This document shows positions 34,402-47,340 of a stretch of 64,000 bases of DNA, piece by piece (within the stretch, counting starts at the first letter, position 1; each line of letters begins with the position of its first letter). The stretch lies in the NCBI RefSeq assembly GCF_021730395.1, contig NC_069369.1, positions 15,475,210 to 15,539,209 of the forward strand, in the 5' to 3' direction. This DNA comes from Mercenaria mercenaria (taxonomy: Eukaryota). The translations under genes and the position numbers were made by a program. The notes under the pieces are model-generated. The model saw nothing but the letters and a program-made list of their open reading frames with translations, made no database searches and was not told the DNA's origin.

Positions 34402-36580
34402 TTTAGCTCACCTGTCACAAAGTGACAAGGTGAGCTTTTGTGATCGTGCGGTGTCCGTCGTCCGTGCGTGCGCCCGTCCGTAAACTTTTGCTTGTGACCA
34501 CTCTAGAGGTCACATTTTTCATGGGATCTTTATGAAAGTTGGTCAGAATGTTCATCTTGATGATATCTAGGTCAAGTTTGAAACTGGGTCACGTGCCTTC
34601 AAAAACTAGGTCAGTAGGTCTAAAAATAGAAAAACCTTGTGACCTCTCTAGAGGCCATATATTTCACAAGATCTTCATGAAAATTGGTCAGAATGTTCAC
34701 CTTGATGATATCTAGGTCAAGTTCGAAACTTGGTCACATGCCATCAAAAACTAGGTCAGTAGGTCTAAAAAACCTTGTGACCTCTCTGGAGGCCATATAT
34801 TTCAAAGATCTTCATGAAAATTGGTCAGAACGTTCATCTTGATGATATCTAGGTCAAGTTCGAAACTGGATCACGTGCCTTCAAAAACTAGGTCAGTAGG
34901 TCAAATAATAGAAAACCCTTGTGACCTCTCTAGAGGCCACATTTTTCATGGGATCTGTATGAAAATTGGTCTGAATGTTCATCTTAATGATATCTAGGTC
35001 AGTTTTGAAAGTGGATCACGTGCCTTCAAAAACTAGGTCAGTAGGTCAAATAATAGAAAAACCTTGTGACCTCTCTAAAGGCCACATTTTTCATGGGATC
35101 TGTATGAAAGTTGGTCTGAATGTTCATCTTGTTGATATCTAGGTCAAGTTCGAAACTGAGTCACGTGTGGTCAAAAACTAGGTCAGTAGGTCTAAAAATA
35201 GAAAAACCTTGTGACCTCTCTAGAGGCCATATATTTCATGAGATCTTCATGAAGATTGGTCAGACTGTTCATCTTGATGATATCTAGGTCAAGTTTGAAA
35301 GTGGGTCACGTGCCTTCAAAAACTAGGTCAGTAGATCAAATAATAGAAAAACCTTGTGACCTCTCTAGAGGCCATATTTTTCATAGGAATTGTATGAAAG
35401 TTGGTCAGAATGTTCATCTTGATGATATCTAGGTCAGTTTCGAAAGTGGGTCACGTGCCTTCAGAAACTAGGTCAGTAGGTCAAATAATAGAAAAACCTT
35501 GTGACCTCTCTAGAGGCCATATTTTTCATGGGATCTGTATGAAAGTTGGTCTGAATGTTCATCTTAATGATATCTAGGTCAATTTTGAAAGTGGGTCACG
35601 TGCCATCAAAAACTAGGTCATTAGGTCAAATAATAGAAAAACCTTGAGACCTCTCTAAAGGCCATATTTTTCATGGGATCTGTATGAAAGTTGGTCTGAA
35701 TGTTCATCTTGATGATATCTAGGTCAAGTTCGAAACAGGGTGATGTGCGGTCAAAAACTAGGTCAGTAGATCTAAAAATAGAAAAACCTTGTGACCTCTC
35801 TAGAGGCCATACTTGTGAATGGATCTCCATAAAAATTGGTCAGAATGTTCACCTTGATGATATCTAGGTCAAGTTTGAAACTGGGTCACGTGCCTTAAAA
35901 AACTAGGTCAGTAGGTCAAATGATAAAAAAACCTTGTGACCTCTCTAGAGGCCATACCTTTCATGGGATCTGTATGAAAGTTGGTCTGAATGTTCATCTT
36001 GATGATATCTAGGTCAAGTTTGAAACTGGGTCAACTGCGGTCAAAAACTAGGTCAGTAGATCTAAAATTATTAAAATCTTTTGACCTCTCTAGAGGCCAT
36101 ATTTTTTAATGGATCTTCATGAAAATTGTTCTGAATGTTCACCTTGATGATATCTAGGTCAAGTTCGAAACTGGGTCACGTGTGGTCAAAAACTAGGCCA
36201 GTAGGTATAAAAATAGAAAAACCTTGTGACCTCTTTAGAGGCCATATTTTTCATGAGATCTTCATGAAAATTAGTGAGAATGTTCACCTTGATGATATCT
36301 AGGTCAAGTTTAAAACAGGGTCACGTACCCTCGAAAACTAGGTCAATAGGTCAAATAATAGAAAAACCTTGTGACCTCTCTAGAGACCATATTTTTCAAT
36401 GGATCTTCTTGAAAATTGGTCAGAATTTTTATCTTGATAATATCTAGATCAAGTTCAAAACTGGGTCACATGAGCTCAAAAACTAGGTCACTAAGTCAAT
36501 AATAGAAAAAACGAAGTCATACTCAAAACTGGGTCATGTGGGAAGAGGTGAGCGATTCAGGACCATCATGGTCCTCTTGT
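34402..36580 (+). mobile_element. family C hairpin-headed element carrying a 165-bp x 12 satellite. Sits in MVP intron 11
   Basis: 5' TTTTAGCTCACCTGTCACAAAGTGACAAGGTGAGCTTTTGTGATCGTGCGGTGTCCGTCGTCCG. 3' GAGGTGAGCGATTCAGGACCATCATGGTCCTCTTGT at 36545-36580. Confidence 0.75.
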
Positions 36581-37094
36581 TTGTTAAAACGACTTTTTTG
36601 TGTTTTGCCCTCAGAGTGGAAAATAGTGCTTGAATTGTCCATCTGTTGGCCAGTTTGTCTGTCAATCTTTCTTTGTACTCAACTCCTCCTACAGTTTTTA
36701 TCAAATTCAAATGAAAATTGGTATACATCATCAGCATTAAATGGATATATGCATATTACGGGGAATTTAATGTCCGAGTTTTATTCTTGAGAAATGGCCT
36801 GTTTATATACTTTGAAATATTGCAACTACAATTGTACTTCTCCTACAGTTTCTAAACTTGGTATACATCGTCAACATAACAAAAATTAGGCATTGTGTAT
36901 ACCATCAGGATTTTTGTGTCTATTTTTTTGAGTTAAGCCCCTTATTGTTCCTTTGATACATCCATTATATGCATAACTGCTCTAGTTTCCATCAACAATT
37001 CAAATGGAACTTGGTATGAAGATGGCCTATGAAAGTTCCAGTGGCAAGACAGAAGGCATTCAGCAACACTGTTGAGTATATATATTCAGAACAT

Positions 37095-37849
37095 GTATTT
37101 AACTGCAGGTTAGAGCTGTGATGTTGAGTAAATTAATTTTTTAACTGCAGGTTAGAGCTGTGATGTTGAGTATATATATTTTGTATAGTCTATTTTAACT
37201 GCAGGTTAGAGCTGTGATGTTGAGTATATATATTTTGTATAGTCTATTTTAACTGCAGGTTAGAGCTATGATGTTGAGTATATATATTTTGTGTAGTCTA
37301 TTTTGACTGCAGTTTAGAGCTGTGATGTTGAGTATATATTGTTTGTATAGTCTATTTGACTTCAGGTTAGAGCTGTGATGTTGAGTATATTTATTTTGTA
37401 TAGTCTATTTTAACTGCAGGTTAGAGCTGTGATGTTGAGTATATTTATTTTGTATAATATATTTTAACTGCAGGTTAGAGCTATGATGTTGAGTATATAT
37501 ATTTTGTGTAGTCTATTTTGACTGCAGTTTAGAGCTGTGATGTTGAGTATATATTGTTTGTATAGTCTATTTGACTTCAGGTTAGAGCTGTGATGTTGAG
37601 TATATATATTTTGTATAGTCTATTTTAACTGCAGGTTAGAGCTGTGATGTTGAGTATATATATTTTGTGTAGTCTATTTTGACTGCAGGTCAGAGCTGTG
37701 ATGTTGAGTATATATTGTTTGTATAGTCTATTTGACTTCAGGTTAGAGCTGTGATGTTGAGTATATTTATTTTGTATAATATATTTTAACTGCAGGTTAG
37801 AGCTGTGATGTTGAGTATATATATTTTGTGTAGTCTATTTTGACTGCAG
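37095..37849 (+). repeat. 55-bp satellite (about 14 units, 165-bp higher-order period) whose unit contains a copy of the 3' splice site and first 17 nt of MVP exon 12. The array abuts exon 12
   Basis: The unit TAACTGCAGGTTAGAGCTGTGATGTTGAGTATATATATTTTGTATAGTCTATTT compares with the exon 12 junction GACTGCAGGTCAGAGCTGTGATGGGACC. Confidence 0.85.
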
Positions 37850-37944
37850 GTCAGAGCTGTGATGGGACCAAAGTCATACATGTTGCAGTCTCATGAACTT
37901 CTCTGGAAGAAAGAACTGGACGCTATTGTAGAAGAAATGCTTAA
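37850..37944 (+). CDS. MVP: MVP exon 12 (VRAVMGPKSYMLQSHELLWKKELDAIVEEMLK)
   Basis: Acceptor gactgcag lies at the end of a 55-bp satellite array. Donor GTATGT. Matches [23 protein letters not shown]..VEELL. Confidence 0.78.
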
Positions 37945-38758
37945 GTATGTTTAAATTATTATGGCTATTAGGGCCCTGCCTTTTCGTGAAAGCCCTACAG
38001 TAATCACTCTGTCTGTCTATTTGTGTATCCATCCATTGGTTTCCAGACATTACCTTGACCAGGCCATAACTTGAAACTGTTCTAGATATTTTTTTTTTTT
38101 TTTCAGACAATGACAAAGGACATTGAGAGGATGTGCACTCTGTGAATCATTACGCTACATTGCATAATTTTTTAATTATCTCCATTTGCTAAAAATGCTG
38201 AAGGGGAATTTATTCAAACTACATACAAAGATGGAGAACATTAAGGGAAAATTCAGTGTACAAGAACCATAACTCTACCTTGCTTACTTTTAGCTCCGCT
38301 AGTAGATCTATCCTACTCACCATTGCATTGATATCTGCTTCTGCTTCCTTTTCTTGAGAGATTCTCTCTTTTTTTGACATGTGAAAGTTGAAATCTACAT
38401 ATTCACGTCCCAAGAAGTAGCCTTTTTAACCAAAACCATAAAATTTCAAGCTCACAGAATTGAATGATTTCACTGAATTGTCAAAACTGAACTGAGAAAA
38501 TGTGGTAAAGATATCTCTGATGTCATGTAATAAAAAAATTATTGAATGGCTTTCCTATGAATTTTAAAAATGCAAGTTTATGGAAGGATTCAGTGAAAGG
38601 TGATCCTGCCATGATCTTGAGAAAATAGTTTTAAGGCTTGACCAAATAATTGACTCAGTAAGTGTTTAAATGTTTAGTTATAGTTGTGTATTTATAATAG
38701 GTTTGAGCAGACTAGATTTTGCAAGTATTGTCATGAAATGGTTTGTTCTGTATTGCAG

Positions 38759-38837
38759 ACATGGTGGAGGTTCAGGGTCAGGAGATATCAGGAAGATTGC
38801 TTATTTTGAACAGTCAATAGACCCACAGTTTCTCAAG
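38759..38837 (+). CDS. MVP: MVP exon 13 (K)HGGGSGSGDIRKIAYFEQSIDPQFLK
   Basis: Acceptor ctgtattgcag and donor GTAAGC. The frame is fixed by the flanking exons. This is a lineage-variable linker region of MVP. Confidence 0.75.
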
Positions 38838-39114
38838 GTAAGCAAAAAATTTTATGTATTGAAGAATGATAAACATAGGGCTCCCCACTAGTAAACACAC
38901 CCAGCAAAACACTCATCTGTCTTAACATTCTTTTGTTTGTAAACATGAGCTCAAACAATAAAGTAACATTCATAAAAACTAATTTATGACCAGAGTTTAA
39001 ATTTTGGCATATTTTTGCATTTTAAATAAAACATGCGTTTAGACTAAATGAAAAAATGTACCATGCCAAAAAATAGCACTTTCACCAATTTTTGTATAAA
39101 AAATGAAATACTAA

Positions 39115-41000
39115 TTATTTTTATGCTCCCCAAAGGGAGAGTATATAGTTGCTGCTTTGTCTGTCCTGTCTGTCCATCTGTCTTTCAGTCTGTCACACTT
39201 TTGTTCAGAGTATAACTTGAAAAGTATTAATGGCATTTGATTGAAACTTCACTTAATCATAGAGGTCATTGAGACAAAGTGCAGTGTCAAAGAATCATAA
39301 CTCTACCTTACCTAATTTTTGAATTATCTCCCTTTATTATACAAAATAAGGCTTGTCCGGAGCATTACTTGAAAAATATTAATGGCATTTCATTGAAACT
39401 TCACAAAATGATAGAGGCCATTGAAAATGCAGTGTCAAAGAACCATAACTCTTCTTTACTTATTTTTTGAATTCTCTCCCTTCATTATACAAAATAAGGC
39501 TTGTCCGGAGTACAACTTGAAAAGTATTAAAGGCATTTGATGGAAACTTTGCATAATCATAGAGGCTATTGAGACAAAGTGCAGTGTCAACGAATTATAA
39601 CAAGCTTTATAATGAAATTTTGTTTTTTTTAGGGTCGGGATAAGACGAGGGTTGTACAGTATAGATGCCCAGGCAACACGGCCGTCCAGGTGAACAACTA
39701 TTTGGATAAAACAGCACGGGTTGTATTTGGTCCTGACCTGGTTATCCTCGGGCCACATGAGAACTTCAGTGTTCTTAGTCTCAGTGGTAAGTTATTTATT
39801 TACACAGTCCAACATAGATGATCATATGCTGACATTCTTTCTTCTTTATTCAAGAATAAATTACAAATGCATTATGTGATTAAATATTTAAACCAATGCA
39901 TAATTTTTTAATTGATTATTTGAAAAAGCTGAGGAATTTATCAAAAATAAAAGCATGAGAACATTAAATTCAGTGTACAAGACATAACGTATTTTACTTA
40001 GGCATAATGTTTTCAATTGCATTATTCTGTGTCTGCCCCGAGTCATTCTCTCTTTTTTTACATTATTGAAATCTACTATACGGCGGTGCCTTTTTCCCTA
40101 AAGTTTCAGAAATAAAATTTCAAATTGTCAACTGAATGAGACTGTGTAAAGATTTTATAAATAAAAAATTATTGAATGGCTCTCTCTAGATTTAATAGCT
40201 ATTTTGAAGATAGAAATCTGTGTTTGAAAATTTTAGCTGATTTCTCAAATAAATGTTTGTTATAGTTGTTATTTAAGATTTGACGATAGTTGGAGTCAAT
40301 TTCATAAATTTTTCTGAGCGAGTGGAGTCTGTCAGTATCGAAATTGTTTATTTAACATGTATAGACACAGTTCCAAGGAAGAAAATTATGTATGAGATCT
40401 AACTAGGCTCCATAGTAAAAACCACAAAACTATTCTTACTTCTTTGTTGAAACATGAGCCAACATAGACATCATACTAATTTATGCCGGTTTAATTCATA
40501 TTTGCATTTTTAAAAAACATGTTTAATAAAACCAAATTACCTGCCAAATATAGTTCACTAATTCTGTAAAAAATGAAATACTATATTTTTATGCTCCCCA
40601 AAGGGAGAGTATAAGTGCTCTTGTCTGCCATCGTGTCATTTACCATTGTTACACTTTTGTTCAGAGTATAACTTGAAAATATTAAGGCATTGTTGAAACT
40701 TATTAATCTTTAGGTCAATTAACCAACGTGCATGGTCAAGTATCATAACTCTACCATAATTTTTGCAAATTATGCTCCCTTTTATTAAAAATTAGTGTTT
40801 TCCGGAAGATTACTATCTAAATACTAAGGGCATATTCAATTGAAACTTCACATATCTGATAAAACATTGATCAGTCAAAGACCATAACTCTTGACTTATT
40901 TGATTAATGCCCCCTTTATAGGACTGTCGAAATCATGGTTTAAAGTTTATAGCTGCATAATCATAGAGCTATTAACAAAGGCATTAAAGATTTAAAACTT
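39115..41000. repeat. two related TE copies (starting TTTTTATGCTCCCCAAAGGGAGAGTATA at 39115 and 40585) with internal 130-bp repeats, in MVP introns 13 and 14
   Basis: Shared 5' ends and a shared GTTCAGAGTATAACTTGAAAA(G)TATTAA(T)GGCAT body. Confidence 0.5.
39633..39786 (+). CDS. MVP: MVP exon 14 ([51 protein letters not shown])
   Basis: Acceptor ttttttttag and donor GTAAGT. Matches [49 protein letters not shown]. Confidence 0.92.
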
Positions 41001-42068
41001 TATATAATTTTTTTTTTTAGGTCGATAAGCAAGTTACTATCATGTCCCAGCCATAACCGGCATGAACATATTTGGATCCAAATTGTTTTTGCCGACCTGT
41101 TATTGGACCAAGAAAATTCTGTTCTAGTTTTGCGTCAAGTATATTACACGTAACATAAGACATATGCTTTGAACATTTTTTTCTTTTTCAAGATCAATTA
41201 CCAAATAAGCCCATATGTGATTAATTTTAACCGAAAATTTAGTGCGCCTTTTTGACAGGATTTCAAAATTAATGGTTATTTGAGTCATTCAGTCTACAGA
41301 GCATAATTAAAAGGCATATGTATTTGGACTTTGATTTTCTCATTTTTCTCAGATCATTAGCCTACCTCACTGGTTCAAGTTCCATACTTCTTACTGTAAC
41401 TGATGGGAGAAAATTAAAATGCCCTTTGGCTTAGCAATTTTGAATAAATGTTTTAATAATTACTATCCCAAAACTAATGTCATTATGTTGATTGAAACAA
41501 GTAACATGTTTTCTTCGGTGTTTCTACGAAATTGAGTTTGATAGAACATGGCCCATAAAGAATTATGGCACCTATGAACTTAAAATCTTTTGATATGTTA
41601 ACATTTTGGGTTTTCAAAAATACCGTCTGGGAAATATTGTACACCCTTACCTGCTAGACATTTGTTAAAATGAATTTGTCCATCTTTCAATTTTGACAGT
41701 ACCATTAACTGTTAAAAGGGTGCTTACCAAAAAGATACTGACTGATGGATGTGCAGGCTGATCTTTGTCTGCACTGGTCGCAAAGGCAGAATCCCTTGCC
41801 GCCAGCAGGCTAAGGTTAAGATGTCAGAAAATGCGATTTCGAGTCACTGTATTTTATATTGAAACTTCATCTGTACTGCAGCTAACGTTTACCAGTGCAT
41901 TCAGTCAGCATGATAGATTTATATTTTTCACTTAACTTTTCCCTGTAAGTATGTAGCTGATACTTTCAAAAATGAAACTTTTACATTTATAATGTTAGAT
42001 TGTATTTTACAGTTATAAAGAAATATCTTCTTAAGATCTTTACCTTTGAATGTGATGTTATATTTCAG

Positions 42069-42148
42069 CTGGAAAACCCAAAGTTTCCAATGCAATGAAA
42101 TCATTATGTCTGATGTTGGGTCCTGACTTCATTACAGATATAATAGAG
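42069..42148 (+). CDS. MVP: MVP exon 15 (A)GKPKVSNAMKSLCLMLGPDFITDIIE
   Basis: Acceptor tatttcag and donor GTATGT. Matches [28 protein letters not shown]. Confidence 0.9.
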
Positions 42149-42489
42149 GTATGTCTTTGACATACTAGCTCCAAAACTATATATAAGACTTAAGTTTGGA
42201 GGTCATTCTTAGCATACAGACTTGCCATTGGTTGAGAGTTTTGAAACTGGTCCAAAATTTAATTTTATGACCTTGAACTTATCAACAGCATGGGAGGACT
42301 GTTCTGTGCTAAATGGTGTTCGTATGCAAGAAATGTGTAGAACAAAATTTCAGGATTTTTAATCAAAGAAGGAAAATGTTATTTAAAATGTTATTTATTG
42401 ACGATGTGAAAATATGAGCATAGAGTAAGTATCACCAATCTGATTAGGCCGTTCAGACTGAAGATTATCTCTTACAAACTTTTTTTCAG

Positions 42490-42549
42490 GTTGAGACATC
42501 TGACCATGCCAGGCTGAAGTTGAAGGTTGCTTTTAACAACCATTTTGAG
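42490..42549 (+). CDS. MVP: MVP exon 16 (VETSDHARLKLKVAFNNHFE)
   Basis: Acceptor cttttttcag and donor GTAACT. Matches TADHARLQLQLAYNWHFEV. Confidence 0.9.
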
Positions 42550-42804
42550 GTAACTCTTTGACCTTTATACTGAGTACAAAGTGAATGTGAAGCTGCTTTT
42601 ATGTAGTAATAAACCAAGCAGAGCTTGAATTTGACATGCACTCACAAACTTAGTGGAAAATGATAAATGCAAGTAGTCATTCCATATGCTCACAAAATTT
42701 TGGGAGTGCAAAAAATGAACCATAACTAAGTAAAGTAGAGTTATGGTTCTCTCCAACTTTCAGTTTCTGTCTGCTGTAAATACACAGTAGACTTATTTTC
42801 CAAT

Positions 42805-44207
42805 TTTTAGCTCACCTGTCACATAGTGACAAGGTGAGCTTTTTGATCGTCAGTCCGTCCGTCGTCCATCCACAATTTCTTATGAACACGATAGAGACCA
42901 CATTTTGTAATCAATTTTAATCAAACTTGCACACAACTTGTATTGGCTTAATATCTTAGTTCCTTTCGAAAACTGGCCAGACCCCATCATGGGTTCCAGA
43001 GTAATGGCCCCTTAAAGGGCCAAAATTTGCTATTTTGGCTTTTGCAGCCATATAGAGACTTCAATTTTGGCCTGTGAACACGATAGAGACCACATTTTGC
43101 AGTTGATTTTAATAAAACTTACACACAACTTGTACTGGCATAATATCTCGGTTCCTTTTAAAAACTGGCCAGATCCCGTCATGGGTTCAAGAGTTGTGGC
43201 CCCTTAAAACGCCAAAATTTGCTATTTTGGCTTTTGCAGCCATATAGAGACTTCATTTATGGTTTGATTTGATACAAACTTGCAAAATATCTTTAACAAC
43301 AATAGATCTTGGATTCCATGATGAATCCGTCAGATCCAATCATAGGTGCCGGAGTTACGGCCCCTGATTGACCCCTGAAAGAGCAAAAAAAAAAAATTTT
43401 TACCTTGTAAACACGATAGAAGTGACATTTTACATTTGAGTTTAACCACACTTACACACAACTTAAGTCACAATAAGATCTTGGTTCCTTTTGAAAACTG
43501 GCTTGATTCCTTCATGGGTTCCTGAGTTACTGCCCCTGATAAATTTTCTATATTGGCCCTTTCAGTCATATAGAGGTTTTATTTATGCTTTGATTTGATA
43601 CAAACTTGCACAGAATGTTTATCTTGATGATCTAAACATTCTATGCAAGTTTGTATCAAATCAAAGCATAAATAAAACCTCTATATGGCTGAAAGGGCCA
43701 ATATAGAAAATTCTTGATGATCTCTAAACCATGTTTCAAACTGGGTCATGTGGGGTCAAAAACTAGGTCACCAGGTCAAATCAAAGGAAAAGCTTTAACA
43801 CCCTAGAGGCCACATATATGACCCTATCCTCATGAAACTTGGTCAGAATGTTTATCTTGATGATTCCTATGCCAGGTTCAAAACTGGGTCATATGGGGTT
43901 TAAAACTAGGTCACCTAGTAAAATGAAAGGAAAAAGCCTGTTAACTCTCTTGAGGCCACATTTGTGACCCTATCTTCATGAAACTTGGTCAGAATGTTCA
44001 TCTTGATCATTCCTAGGCCAAGTTTGAAAATGGGCCATGTGGAGTCAAAAACTAGGTCACCACTCAAATCAAAGGAAAAGCTTGTTAACACTTTAGAGAC
44101 CATATTTATGACCCTAACTTCATGAAACTTGGTCAGAATGTTTATCTTGATGATTCCAGTGCCAAGTTTAACAGATGAGCAATATAGGGTCATCATGGCC
44201 CTCTTGT
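42805..44207 (+). mobile_element. family C hairpin-headed element in MVP intron 16 (contains a 140-bp x 3 array and an internal 150-bp palindrome at 43560-43710)
   Basis: 5' TTTTTAGCTCACCTGTCACATAGTGACAAGGTGAGC. 3' CAGATGAGCAATATAGGGTCATCATGGCCCTCTTGT. Confidence 0.7.
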
Positions 44208-44226
44208 AATGACATTTTTTCTACTT

Positions 44227-45173
44227 TTTTTAGCTCACCTGAGCATGAAGTGCTCTGGGTGAGCTATTATGATCACTCACCTTTTCTTGTATATCTGCTT
44301 GGAAACCATTTTGTTGAAGTTGATGAAACTTAAACTGTGTGTATCTTTGATGTCCCTCTACCAGATTTTCAAAGCGTTCCATTCCATGTAGAATTCTGGT
44401 TGAAATGACAGGCAAAAAGAAGATAAAAATCATCATCTCTCAGACCTCAAGGCTCAGAGCTTAGATATTTGGCATGTAGCACAGTGTAGTGGTCGTCTAC
44501 CAAGTTTGATCAAGTCATGCCCCTCGTGTCAAAGTTGGCTCCACCTTGGGGTTCACTTGTTTTAAATGGATTTATATAGGAAAAACTTTAAAACTCTTCT
44601 TGTCAAAAACAATAATGTCCAGAGCTTAAATATTTTGTATGTAGCATTGTGCAGTGGTCCTCTACCAAGTTTGTTCAAATCATTCCCCTGGGGGTCAAAA
44701 TTGGCGCTGTCCTTAGGTTCGCTTGTTTTACATAAACTAATACAGGAAAAAATTAAGAACTCTTCATATCTAAAACCTCAAGCCCTTAAGGTTAGATATT
44801 TGGCATGTACCTTTATGTAGTGGCCTTTTACCAAGTTAGTTCACATCATGCCTCTGGGGTTGATATTGGCCCCACTCAGGGGTAACTTGTTTTAGGTAGA
44901 CTTGTGTAAGAAAAACTGTTGAAATCTTCTTGTCTGAAGCTGCAAGACCCAGAGCTTAGATTTTTAATATGTAGAATCGTCTAGTGGTCCTCTACCAGAT
45001 TTGTTCAAATCATGCCTCTTGCGTGAAAATTGACCCCTTCCTAGGGTTCACTTGCATTATATAGACTTATATATGTCTAAAACCTTGAGCATTAAATAGA
45101 GATCCTCTACCAAGAAATCATGTGTACCCTTTCTAGTCCGTTGAGCGATATAAAACTATCATGGCTCTCTTGT
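44227..45173 (+). mobile_element. family C variant immediately adjacent to the previous copy (5' TTTTAGCTCACCTGAGCATGAAGTGCTCTGGGTGAGC; 3' GTTGAGCGATATAAAACTATCATGGCTCTCTTGT). Internal 165 bp x 4
   Basis: A terminal hairpin of a different sequence but with the same architecture. The array spans 44440-45110. Confidence 0.6.
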
Positions 45174-45665
45174 TTGATATACAGTCTAATTTATTTTGAC
45201 TCATCAAAATGTTTATTGAAATACGTTTTTCACCTTGACTTGCAAACTTCCAAGAAATTTCCTCTATCTTGCACAAGTGTATACTTTTCTTTACAAACTT
45301 ACATAATAACGTGTATTTGCATGAAGAAAGTTTATATTTTGTTAGTCAAAATTTCTTGCAATAGCGAACATTTGCAGGCACAATAAAAGTCACATTCTAG
45401 TCCTGCTCAGCAACAAATTCTTGCTCACTGAGAAACAACAGTGAGGTAAGTCTTTGAAAAAAATGTGAATTATTCATGCCTAAAAAATATAAATAGGTAT
45501 GAATAGCTTTAAATTGAGGCACTGACTTTGAAAGTTTTGTGTAGTGTTCTTAACATTTTTTTTACTAACATGGTCAGTAGTCTTGGCTATAAAATTGTAT
45601 TTTTGTTATCCTTAGATTATTTCATAGTTTTCTGTTTAATTAATTACTTACTTTATTTTATACAG

Positions 45666-45744
45666 TATGAGAGAGGTAACAAAGAAAGTGAATCAAAAGT
45701 TTTTGCTGTACCAGATTTTATTGGGTTTGCATGTCGACAGATAG
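45666..45744 (+). CDS. MVP: MVP exon 17 (YERGNKESESKVFAVPDFIGFACRQI)
   Basis: Acceptor ttttatacag and donor GTAAGT. Matches KLFSVPDFVGDACKAIAS. Confidence 0.9.
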
Positions 45745-46033
45745 GTAAGTTCTGTGGTCTTCATTTAAAAAATTATATGAATTTATTGTTCTGGCTCTGT
45801 GTTCATGAAACAGTTTCAGTCTCGACTGAGTTTGGTAATGAAACTTCATTTGTCCCTTATGTCTAAATTGCATGTTTGAAATTAAATGTTTATGACTGTT
45901 TTCAAGTGACTATTCAGTGCTAATGGTCAGCTCAACTGGAATTTACTATTGAAGTTCTAGTACAATTTGCTACTAAATTTTCAATCTCAGACTCATGCAG
46001 CTGTGAACATGGGGCCAGAGCACTTTAATTTTT

Positions 46034-46784
46034 TATGCCCCCACTTTGGTTGGGGTGCATATAGATTTGCCCTTGTCCTTCCGTCCATCCGAGAATGTTG
46101 TGTCGCGCCTAGCTCCAAAAGTATTTGACGTAGTCACAAAACTTTACAGGAATGTTGGTCAGCATGTGTAGTTGTGCACCTGGGCTTTCGTGTCCGGATT
46201 CATTCAGTCGTGTAGGAGTTATGGCCCCTGACTTTGTAAAAATTGGTCATTTTAGTGTTGTGTCGCGCCTAGCTCCAAAAGTATTTGGCGTAGAGTCACA
46301 AAACTTTACAAGAATGTTGGTCAGCATGTGTAGTTGTGCACCTGGGGTTTCACATCCGGATTCATTCAGTTTTGTAGGAGTTATGGCCCCTGACTTAGTT
46401 AAAAATTGGTCATTTTAATAGTTAAAAATTGGTCATTTTAATGTTGTGTCGCGCGTAGCTCCAAAAGTATTTGACCTAGAGTCACCAAAGTTTACAGGAA
46501 TGTTGGTCAGCATGTGCAGTTATGCACTTGGGGTTTCGCGTCCAGATTCATTCAGTCATGTAGGGATTATGGCCCCTGACTTAGTTAAAAATTGGTAATT
46601 TTAATGTTGTGTCGCGCTTAGCTCCAAAAGTATTTGACCTAAAGTTACCAAAGTTTACAGGAATGTTGGTCAGCATGTGCAGTTGTGCACCTGGGGTTTC
46701 GCGTCCGGATTCATTCAGTATTGTAGGAGTTATGGCCCCTGACCTAGGAAAAAATTTGTGTCCTTTGTCATGTAGTGGGGGCAT
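46034..46784. mobile_element. TIR MITE (TATGCCCCCACT...AGTGGGGGCAT) carrying a 165-bp x 4 array. Sits in MVP intron 17
   Basis: 11-bp TIRs at both ends. The internal repeats generate ORF-track artefacts such as 46152..46418. Confidence 0.6.
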
Positions 46785-47340
46785 CTGTGTCCCATGGACA
46801 CATTTCTAGTTTTATATACATCAAAATTTACTATAACATTAGCGTTAGTCTGGCTACCAACTAGATAATCTCTTTTTTTAAATTCTCTTATATATTCTGA
46901 CTTCATCAGTCTTGGCTCTGTGAGAAGAAAAGGGACATGATCATACAAAATTTGAATAGCCTCAGGAGTTATTTCCTGTGAACAAAACACAGGGTCTGAA
47001 CACAGACTAAACAAATTGATTCACATACACAATGTAAACAAAGGTTAAGTTTATGAAGAAGTGATATTACAGTCAGCATTTTGTAGCCCCAATTTATTTT
47101 AATTACTGCTTAAAAATTGCCATCATTGCCAAATCTCATACTTTTTAATGTTTCTGATAGAGGTTTTCATCAATGTATTTATTTTTACAAGTACATGTAC
47201 AGTATTTTTGTTTCCTCTAGGAGCTGAAAAATGTGAATTCCAGTGCAGTCTTCACATTTTATGATGACTTATTTAAGATATCAGTATTATGCTACACTTA
47301 AGATTCCTGGACCTAATCTCTGCTGTTTCAATCCTTTCAG

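Noticed and set aside
46152-46809. ORFs of 66-88 aa (MLVSMCSCAPG...)
   Set aside because: They repeat with the 165-bp period of the MITE-internal array at 46034-46784. No splice sites or homology.
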